Assembly: GCA_013265495.1 (NCBI GenBank)
Contig: MU058636.1
Span: 8,391,425-8,455,424, forward strand
From: Vicugna vicugna
Lineage: Eukaryota
Direction: 5' to 3'
DNA: 64,000 bases
Below the pieces are notes generated by a model, which was given only the letters and a program-made list of their open reading frames with translations, was not told the DNA's origin and did not search any database. Of the stretch, positions 14,322-24,252 are shown piece by piece. How positions within the stretch are numbered: the first letter of the stretch is position 1; every line of letters starts with the position of its first letter. The translations under genes were made by a program, and so were the position numbers.

Positions 14322-14363
14322 CTTGACCTCTTCTGTTGGCTTGTATCTTCCTCACAGGTGTGT
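14322..14363 (-). CDS. POSTN: POSTN exon 22
   Basis: DTPVRKIQANRRGQ; cag/gtaaat; 42 nt. Confidence 0.95.
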
Positions 14364-16189
14364 CTGAAATTAAATAGCTGTAGTTAGAAATACTTTGAAA
14401 TTATGGCTGACATGAGACAGGAGACCACAGTCAAGCAGAAAAGTATAAACTTTTAAATAAACATCACATAAACATGTGAATTTTCTTTTGGAGCAGTGAG
14501 ACTTTTGCACTGGCAACAAACACACGTTTCTTTTCCATGTATGAATGTTCACTCTTTGCAAAACATATTGTTTCATTATGGCATGTGGAGCCCTATATGA
14601 TGTTCAGGTTTCACATGAAGTAAGTGACTTACATGACTTTTTCACCCTTTTTATAAAAAGCATCACTTTATGATGAAGGGATGTCTAACATTCTGTAAAG
14701 TTTAGCAGAAGTATCGTCCCAGAGATATCCACTCATTTTTTTCCAGTCATTCCTGCTTGTGATGTGTCAGGCTTCTGCCTCTGTAAAATTCTCATTGTAA
14801 ATTAATTCATGATCACCTTACAATACATGATGACAACAAAATAGCATTGGCCTAATAACCTTAGAAATATACCAATAAGCAATTGAGGAAGTAAAAGTTA
14901 ACAGACTCCCAAATTTAATTCCAATCCTACAAGACCATTTAAAAATTAAGTAGTTAAAAATAGTAAAAGCTTTCATATTTTGGAATTTCAAGTGTTTCAT
15001 AACAATGCAGTTTTTTGTTGTTACAGTCGCAAAATATTTCCCAATCCTCATTTTTCTTTTAACTCATCGACAAGACCACTTAGTTAACCTGTATTCACAT
15101 TTTCACTCTGTTGTTGGATGTTTGAGATAAAAAAATACATGTAGTTCCTACGGTGATCTCATTTCTCTGCTTATCTTTCTTAATTTTTTTCCAAATTTTG
15201 ACATCTTGATTTTTATACATTATCTATACTCAATAAGGAAGTCAAAATGTTCTATTATATCTATATTCAATTCTCTGAAACCCCATAAAAAAAGTAAGAC
15301 ATGAATCTATCACCAACAGTATTTTGGCTGTCTAATAAATATCAAGATTAAAAAAAAGAAGAAGAAAGAAACATTAAGCATTTTTTGAAGAATTCTGTTT
15401 CTGTCTACTGAGCACATTTCCAGTATACCTTCCCCCTCCCCTAGAATATAAGATGCATAACCTGTCACATCACATTAATACCAAAATAAAATACAGAACT
15501 GTAGAAAACCTCATTAGGTTGGATAGTGGGGAAAAAAAGTTTACGTGAGATAGAAAAGTCTGAATTACAGAATATGTACCAATTGATATATTTTCCTTAA
15601 CCTCAGGTTTATTTGGTCACAAAAATGGCTTATCAAATATTGTCAAGAAAAGATGGATGCACTCTTTAATTAGTGAATAAAAGCGTTGTTTGTAATGGAC
15701 TTAGTAAATTCCAAAAGCCACTTATTATACAATTTAAAAGAAGATCATAGAAGTATTTACAACATTATTTTTCAAAACAAGCACTTAAACCCAGGTTTTC
15801 TTTTATAAATTTGGTAGCATCCAATTAAGGGCATCCAATTAACTAACTCATTAATTAATTACTATCTGGCTGTGATAACATCAAAATAAGAAGTGTTTAC
15901 TGAGGTGAACAAACATCTTTAGAAGAAAAGCTCAATTAAAGAACAGAAAACCAGATTTGCTCTCGGTGGCTCTCTGCCATCTCAAAATGATGGCACATAT
16001 GTTAGGTCATGTTTAGAGAAGAAAAATGCGGCAAGATAAAACATCTGAATGATCCCACAAAAACACTCCTCTCCACTGCACGTTTCCTTTCTCCCAGTTG
16101 TTTGCAAAATTTTTGCATTTTTATGTGGCTCTGATTTTGGAAATTTTAAGTCACGTGTACAGTATTACTTTGCTGACCGTGTTAATGTT

Positions 16190-16400
16190 AACTGACTATA
16201 ATACTGATAGTGTTACTGAGAGTTTATATGTGCTGAGCATGATTCCAGGCGCTTTTCATATATTCATTTATATGTAGGTAACGTTATTTATCCTCACTTT
16301 TCAGATGAAGAACGCAAAGCAGAAAGAATCAATTTACCTAAGTTGGTTCAGGTTGGAGCCCACATTGGAAGTCAGACCTACAACCAGATCCTCTGTTCTC
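16190..16400 (-). mobile_element. MIR SINE
   Basis: atcctcacttttcagatgaagaa core in reverse orientation. Confidence 0.6.
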
Positions 16401-16449
16401 TACAGAGGCCATAAATCTTTACATGTTATACTGGAAGATTTATCAAAAC

Positions 16450-16540
16450 CTTCCCAAATAACCTTTTCTTGTTGTTCCTTTCTCCATAGCCTGCTATTGT
16501 CCCTTAATTACTTTAATAGTTTCAGTAAATGTCGTTCTAC
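16450..16540 (-). pseudogene. Decayed (fossil) POSTN exon between exons 21 and 22
   Basis: ttttcttag acceptor; 91 nt reading GRTTFTETIKVIKGQ*QAMEKGTTRKGYLG; similar to exon 17 IKVIEG; weak GTTTTG donor. Confidence 0.75.
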
Positions 16541-18660
16541 CTAAGAAAAGCGTGAAAAACAACACGTTTTGTGAAATATTTTTTAGTTAAGGGCTCTGAA
16601 GTATTTCAATGACAAATGACAGTATTGGTACTGAAAGGATCACTTAGCCATGCTGAGTCTTGACATTAATGATCAAGGCATACATTCAGTTCATCAAAAT
16701 GCACTATGTGTCCCACAGCGTGAGCAGTGCAGACAGAAAACTCCGGCAAGCTTTGAGATGAAGACTGTAGTTTAGATACAAATCAGTTATCTATACTCTG
16801 GAAGAAAAAAAAGCCAATCTTGCGTGACATAATCTTTATTCATACCAGCTTCTTTGTAAATTGGTGTCTCTTAGGATCTAGACAAGAGGACACTTGTAAC
16901 TCAGTGTTGACCCAATGGTTTTACAGAGCTGGAAAAAAACCTAAAATGTCCAATTAATGTTCAGATATTAGCACCTATACACTTATATTGTCTTTCTTAT
17001 GAGGAAAAAAAAACTTGGAAATGTTTTGATAAAAATTTATGATGTGGTATTGTGGAAACTGATGCTTTACAAATATGTACAGAAATCAAATACTGGGAAC
17101 TCATGGAATCAACCTCTAGGATGAAGACAAAGCAGAGTTAAAGAAGGATTCCATTAACTAAAGATAGAATACCTTCTTCTTAACTTGTAGCAGGTATTGT
17201 CTCTTGGCTGAAGTTATTCTTCAGTACTTAGTTCATTGTTTATAATAGACTTGTTAACAGAAGCTTATTGAAGGGGTGGAAAACATACTTACCTGAAGTT
17301 CAAGCCTAAATAAATCAAAGCAATATATACAGGTGCAGCCACTAACTTGGCTCATTCTCTAAAAAGCACTGTCATTCTACAAAGCTGCTTACTATGGCAA
17401 GGACTTAAAAAAAAAGAATTCAACTTAATTTTCATAATGCCTTCACCTCTTGCCTCAAATCCCTACCGTTTTTCAGTAGAGAGTTAAGCATTTAGGGGTA
17501 AGTGAGTAAATTCTGCGTTAGACCATACGGGAAACTGGTTCTGCTGAGGCTTTGGGTATGTTACCTGCTCCCTGCAGTCTGAAAGGAAATCTTGTATTTT
17601 CCACACACATTTTTTTTTTCTGTTGAGGGGAAATTCAATCATTGGTTGAATAAAAATTATTTATTTTTACTATCACTCAATAGTCTCAACACTATATAAC
17701 AAATTCTACCTATATTAAAATAAAGAATAAGGAAATAATAATTGCCAAAAATATATACAGTCTCAAAAGAATTTACAACTTCTTGGACATAGTACTACAA
17801 TTTTTAAAATTTTTAAGCAGAAAAGCCATCAGGGCCATACTTTGTATAAATACCAAAATCTTCAGTTGTGTTTCTCAATTCACAGTATATTTCAAGGAGC
17901 AAATTTGAGTTTTCTAAACAATGTAAATACTTGTTTCTCTAAAACAACTTGTCATCTGAGTACTCGTTAAAGTAATGAACTAGAAATTAATTTATTCAAA
18001 TGCCAATTACTCAAATTATACTTTATTAACATTTGCTATGTCTTTGAATTATTACCAATGAGAGTTTTGGTAAGGTTTTGAATTCTTTTTTTCTTTCTTC
18101 TTTCCTTTTAGAAGTAGGTCCTTTTAATGCCATAGACAGAGAACATTCCATATTTTAAAGATTAAGATTAATTTTATATGCAAAATAATTTACAGCTCCA
18201 GTATAGATTATCACTCAAACTGTTAGAAGAAACAGATACCCATTCCCAAACATGTAGTTTTGGAAAAGAAAATTACTAAACGCAATTTTTTGGCTACATC
18301 TATACACTTAAAAGATTTATAAACATGCCTTATATTATTATTGTAGGAGCAGTGAATACATTTTTTAAATATAAGAAGTATGTCAATTTGCTTCTTTAAA
18401 CATCTACCAATTTTAAAAATATTTCCCTTTCACATACTTAAAACATCCTTACAATTATCTGTATCAAAGCAAAAACATATTCATTGCTCCCCAAGGAACT
18501 TTTTAAAGACTGTTTAAACTAGTAATCATTTCTTCACAACTTTCACTACCATTGATCCAATCAGTCTGTTAAGACAGCACATGACATTGTCTTTTTTAAC
18601 CTAATTAAAAGAAATACCGGAATGCTCAGTCTTTAAAAAGCTGAAGAACTCAGTTATCAG

Positions 18661-18699
18661 AACCTGTTAAGTGGGTTAGTTGTTTCTCTTTTACTAACC
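18661..18699 (-). promoter_or_regulatory. Bipartite QKI response element downstream of exon 21
   Basis: ACTAAC (18680-18675) followed 5 nt later by TAAC; fits NACUAAY-N1-20-UAAY. Confidence 0.6.
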
Positions 18700-18782
18700 T
18701 CCCTGAAGCAGTCTTTTAATTTCTTCATCTTCAAATAAATGACCATCGCCACCTTCAATGAATTTGGTGACCTTGGTGACCT
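18699..18782 (-). CDS. POSTN: POSTN exon 21 (cassette exon)
   Basis: EVTKVTKFIEGGDGHLFEDEEIKRLLQG; 84 nt, phase 1-1; donor GTTAGT. Confidence 0.96.
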
Positions 18783-19163
18783 CTGAGAGGATACATGTTT
18801 ATAGCAGAAATTGGTTTATGTAATAAATAGGCTGGAGACTTGATGTGATATATAATGGTATCTGCCCAACAATGAATTCCAGACCAACACTTGGTTCTTT
18901 CTTGCTTTTTAGTGCTATTTTTTGATAAACCAATTTTCTTACAAAGCGTTGAACAATATTAGCAACTATAACAACCAAAACAATCAATATGACTGTCCTC
19001 TGAGCTTCATTCCCAGTCTTTGGGCTTCTTTCTTTGGTTGGTATGGAACTTGAGCAAAGGAATGATTTAGAGTGGAAAATGTTAAAGTCCTCAAAGATTA
19101 TTCTGGACTTTGATAAAGGTAGCTTAAGTCAAGTCACATTCTTATTTTTCTAGACATACTGAC

Positions 19164-19241
19164 CTTCTTGCAACAATTTCTTCAGTGTTTCTTCTGTTTC
19201 TCCACCACTAGTTGAAATCCTAGTGTATTTTATTTCAGGAC
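19164..19241 (-). CDS. POSTN: POSTN exon 20
   Basis: GPEIKYTRISTSGGETEETLKKLLQE; 78 nt, phase 1-1. Confidence 0.96.
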
Positions 19242-19265
19242 CTAAAGGAAAGACAATTTTTAAAA

Positions 19266-19471
19266 CAAGAGTAGGCAAACTTTCTCTGGAAGGGCCAGAT
19301 AGTAAGGATTTTGGACTTTATGGGTCACATGGTCTGCGTTACCGCTAGTCAGCTTTGTCCTTGTCCTACGCAAATAGCCATAGACATCATACACATGAAT
19401 GGTCACACTGCGTTCCAATAAAACTTTATTTACATAAGCAGGTGGCACAGGCCAAAGTTGCTGACTGCTTG
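19266..19471 (+). mobile_element. MER58A-like hAT-Charlie MITE
   Basis: Ends caagagtaggcaaact / agttgctgactgcttg; internal gggccagatagtaa and gttccaataaaactttatttac. Confidence 0.85.
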
Positions 19472-19935
19472 TTTAAACAAGTACTTCGAAAATAGCTGAA
19501 TTCAGAATTTTAGGCTAATTGATTAGTGGGAGACTGACAAGAGGTTTACTGAAATTATTAATTGTTTTATACAAACTTGTGTATATTTTGGTGTGTAGAT
19601 GTGTAGACCTTAAGATTATTGGAAAATGAAGGGGAGAGTGGTTTTTCTTCTAGGATTTAGTAACTCATTAATAAATAGCAAACTGAAGATACTGCATTAT
19701 ATAATACGTTTGCATATTCATAATAAAAACATATGCTGATAGATCTGTCCAAAAACTTTCCAATTCAGAAAAAAACACAAGTTACATACTTAGTATTAGT
19801 ATGTCTTCTGCCAAAAAAGAAATGAAGTTACTTCAGTAATCCCCATGAAAATGACTTAGTTTCTCTAATGATTCTTAGAGGCATTTTAGGATTAAATATG
19901 GTTTGCTCTTTATAATCCAGGCAATTAAAGATTAC

Positions 19936-20025
19936 CTGTAATAATTCGTTCTTCCCTTGTCTCTTTTTCAGTTATTTCCACAGGCACTCCATCAATGATT
20001 TTGGTGTATTTTTTAATAATTGGCT
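19936..20025 (-). CDS. POSTN: POSTN exon 19 (cassette exon)
   Basis: EPIIKKYTKIIDGVPVEITEKETREERIIT; 90 nt, phase 1-1. Confidence 0.96.
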
Positions 20026-20683
20026 CTGAAATAGGGGAAGAAAAATGCGTTTGACTTATCCACAATGGTGTCTAAACTATCATAAGCTAGACATTTTAAT
20101 GATTAAATGTATTTCTCAAAGCAATACCATCTAGAATTCAGTCATAATCATTCTGGGGACATATCTTAAATAAATTCAGGCAACAGAGGTAATAGTTATA
20201 TGCTGCATCTTGGGGAAGGGAGAGGGCCAACTGATAAGCCAACCCTTCATGTCATACTTGCTTCCTGACTGTGGAATGAGTGTTTAGGGAGAATCCAGGG
20301 AATTGCACATCATGAGAATGGGAACCATGTGATAAGTTCTAACAGTGGCTTATTAGTTAGTCTTACAGAATAGTCATTTTTTCCTTTTAAGTTAGACAGG
20401 TTATTATTTTCATTATTTTCCATAACCATGACTTGCATATGCTGAGTAATGACAGTTTTATTGTCTTAATGGTTAAATTAATTCCAACTGGGTCCCTTAA
20501 AAGGTAAACTGTGTTTGAATTGACTGCTAATAAGAATCTATAACTGAGAAAAGTTTTCCTACAACTTATATAAAACGAAAGTCAAGAGAAAAAAACATCA
20601 GGTATTCAACATATTCAAACCAACACTGTTTCAAAACGTTCCCAGTGACCCTAGCCAGGCTCCAGGAAACACGGGTGACGCAC

Positions 20684-20773
20684 CTCCGTGGATCACTTCA
20701 GTTACTGTTTCACCTTCTTTAATCAGTCTGATTTCAGGTTCACCTTCAATTTTGACCTTTGTTATTGTGGGTC
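20684..20773 (-). CDS. POSTN: POSTN exon 18 (cassette exon)
   Basis: GPTITKVKIEGEPEIRLIKEGETVTEVIHG; 90 nt, phase 1-1. Confidence 0.96.
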
Positions 20774-23700
20774 CTGAGGCATCATTTTAGGAGACAAATC
20801 ATCATGTTAATGCAGTCCTTCAAATTTACCAGAACAGGAAACTGTTTTCAACATTTGGTGTTGCTCAAATGTCACAGTGGTTTCAGGCTTCATGAAATTG
20901 GTTTTAAATAGTTCCCATTGTCTTCAAATACGCAGTATTTATAAGAACAAATCACTCAGTCCATCGGTGTGCTACTAAAATAACTTTCATCTGCTGTAGC
21001 GTTTAAATGGATGTTTATCCATGTATTCGTATTTGTAAAGTATGATCACACAAAGTATTATATGGGGCTATACTCTGTGAATCATGCTGATGTACAAATT
21101 AGAGTTGCTTTAATAACTAGTGTAGGTCTTACTTTACCAAACTGATATTGTCTATTACTCTCTTATTAATTTTTTAATTTAATTTTTAGTCGCTCAGTAT
21201 CTACATTTTTTAATCTAATGGGCATAAGACAACATTAAAAAAAAAGCCCAACTTTATGCTTACCTTTAAAATATGAGTTTTTAGGGAAAAATGGACTTGA
21301 GTACTTCCCTTCTGCATGCGAATGATGCAAAATTTACTAATTAATAATTAAACAGTCCTTCAAATGCAAAAGTTAAACAAGTGTTGCATTCGACTTGCAA
21401 AATGATTTTGCTCCCAGAGAAAACCATTTTGAATGTTAGAAAGCTGATTACTATATTAGTTAATCAAGACTATTTCTTAGATAAGAGGAAAAATAAAGTT
21501 CAGTACATTTAACTCATACTGTAACAGTATGAACAGTTGAATGTAACTATATTTGCTTATCTTTGAGATTTATTTGCTTGTTCAGAAATTGTCAATGTAC
21601 ACCATTACCCAGAATTAAATAGTCTAGGACAATCTAAAATAATGAAAACAAGAGTACAGTTCTTTCAAACAATAAGTATTTCACACCATAATATTTGATT
21701 TATGGGGCCAAGGGACATTGCCTATCAAATAAGGCCAGGTTTTTAAGGTGTGGAAATTTCAAAAGGAAAGAACACCTAAGGAGTTTAAAAACAGGAAATG
21801 AGTTAATAAAATATCCCAACAGACATTTCTTTGGAAGAGCTTAAACTGGAATTTCAGAAACATCATCTGTCCTTAAGTTCTACGAAGGCAGGATGTACTA
21901 CAAATGTTTTTTGTTTGTTTGTTTGTTTGTTTTTTGGTATTTACTCCTGGCAGGCACCAGAAGAGTACCTAGCACCTTATGGGGCCCCATAAGTATTTGT
22001 TGAATTGAATTTTAGTTGATTTATTCCTAGCTCTAAAGTTTGGTTAAGTACTCTTTATAAGAAACATCTTAAAAATTGTGTCTTGGAGTCTAATGTCTTG
22101 AGTAAGAATTCAGGAGTCATCAATGAATCAGCAAATGTTTGAACAGTGAAAAGGAGCTGCTGATAGCAATCTCAGAGCTGGACAATTGTAAATAGCTGTC
22201 AAGGTGAGTATTTGTCTCCTTCATTATGTTACACAAAGTTAAACTTCTGAAATTTTTAACAGAAGAGTTATTAATGCGTAAGTGACACGACCCCATTTTT
22301 CATCCTATTTCCCTTCATAGGAAGAAGCCAAGTAGCTTGATGCTTCATTGTGTTCCTAATTAGAGAAAGGTTAACACAATAGAATCCTGCTGACAAAGAC
22401 TGGGAAGATAAATGGGTTGAATGAAGAAGCTTGGGAAAAAAAAAAAAAGAGAGAAGAATCTTTGAAAATAAGAACAGTACATGTGAATGATTTCTACTAT
22501 GGAAGCTGTGTAAAAGTGATTATTCAAATTTTTAAAGAATCTAATTTTAAAAAATGAGAACAATTTTAAAATCAAATGTATTACCAAGGATCACTTTATC
22601 ATTTTCCTTTAAAATTATCAAGAAACATTTTCTCAACAAAAATTTCTGTGATTTTAAAAAAGCCACAGATTTCAAAGAATACCTCAATTTTAAATCTCAA
22701 AAATGTATAAAAGTAGAGATAACTAATTAGCTAAGAATTAAGCTTTTACATATGCATTTCCAGTGTCTACTGTTTAAAGTGATGGCTCACATTTAGCAAT
22801 AGACAAAAGTATTCATCAAGAAGTTGCCATCTCAATGCATAAAATGAGAAGAAATACCAAAATTGAAGATAATTACAATAATAGTTTTCTTGAGATTCAA
22901 TTGAAGATATAATCTATTCCTTTTTTGCAAAACTGTTTCCACTCTTCTAACAGAATAAAGAAGATAACCTGGTCTTTTCTCTGTGGCCAGTCACCACATT
23001 AAGATGCTTAGACATGGAAATAAAAAAATTTTTAAAGTCTGATCCTTTGGAATGAATTAAAATATGTGAAATGAAGATGTCAGAAATGTTGGAGTTGACC
23101 AACCTAGAGAGTAGGGGTAGAAAGAAAAGTGGCTTGATTTAATGTTCTAGTCTAAAACAGCAGGAGATAATTATATATTCCTATTTAATGTACTACATAT
23201 GTATACACATAAGAATATATTTTTGGTTGATGATTTGATATGGTAATTATTATTATCAATGCCCCAGAAACGTCTTTAAAAGTAATTCAGAAACTAAACA
23301 TAATATATGAGACACTAAAAATTCAATTTCAAGAAAACAAGGCATTCTCAGCTTACAAATTTGGAGAGGAAGTGGCAACACCATGAGCAAAATAATTTTG
23401 TAGTGAAAGAATTCATAGCAACCAAGAGTCAAGAGAGTGGATACCAGCCAATTATTGAGAACGTGACCAGGCATATTGCAGAGAACAAAGAAACCATCAT
23501 GGATGCTTTTGAATGGATGCGTGGATACAATAAAACCATACCAACCAAGAATATATAAGAATGTATTGTATCTATATGTATATATAGATACATATACACA
23601 CATACATTCAGGAATGGAATTAAGGATTCAAAGGTTGGCTTTACTGCACCAACTACTTATTTCCTCTGTTGCTGGCGGTCTCATTTAAAAAATCTATCAT

Positions 23701-24171
23701 GTGTGGATGTAATTTTAAAAGCTTTCCTGAATGTACAGCTTCTGTGCTTCCTTAGGTTGTTAAATGAAAAATGTCTGCACTGTTTGGAACACCTTGTAAC
23801 AGTACCAAAGAGATTTATGTGGGGAGACTGGAAACAAAGCTATAAAAAGTGTACTCTCTGAAGGAGTCTAGGTGCAGTATGAAAAAAAAACAAAACAGCT
23901 CAGGACTGATTTGTTTGGTATCTGGGTACTAGTGCTAATGCAATGGCGAATTAAGTTCAAATGAAATCAAATACAAGCAAATGTACTGAAAGTATTAGGA
24001 ATGCACCATCTACTCTGCTAAATAATTTGCATTCCGCATTCTGCCGTTAAATGAGCATGCCACTGGTATAGAAATATTTAGCATGTTAGTTCAAAAAGAA
24101 TGTAGATACATTCATAGAAATCAATCTATTACATGGATTTTTAAAGCACCATGTATAACAGTGATTTTTAC

Positions 24172-24252
24172 CTTCCGTTTTGATAATAGGCTGAAGACTG
24201 CCTTCAATCACTTTAATTTTTGGTTCCACAACTTTGGTTATAATTTTAGTTG
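24172..24252 (-). CDS. POSTN: POSTN exon 17 (cassette exon)
   Basis: TTKIITKVVEPKIKVIEGSLQPIIKTE; 81 nt, phase 1-1. Confidence 0.96.

Noticed and set aside
17172..17240. Segment reading AAG TAC TGA AGA ATA... and ending GAAG|gt, faintly like exon 20 KYTRI
   Set aside because: No convincing acceptor, several stops and too little similarity to call a second fossil exon
17293..17305. 13-nt micro-exon candidate (tttag GCTTGAACTTCAG gtaagt) in intron 21
   Set aside because: Perfect donor, but frame-shifting, no similarity to periostin repeats, and such sites occur by chance
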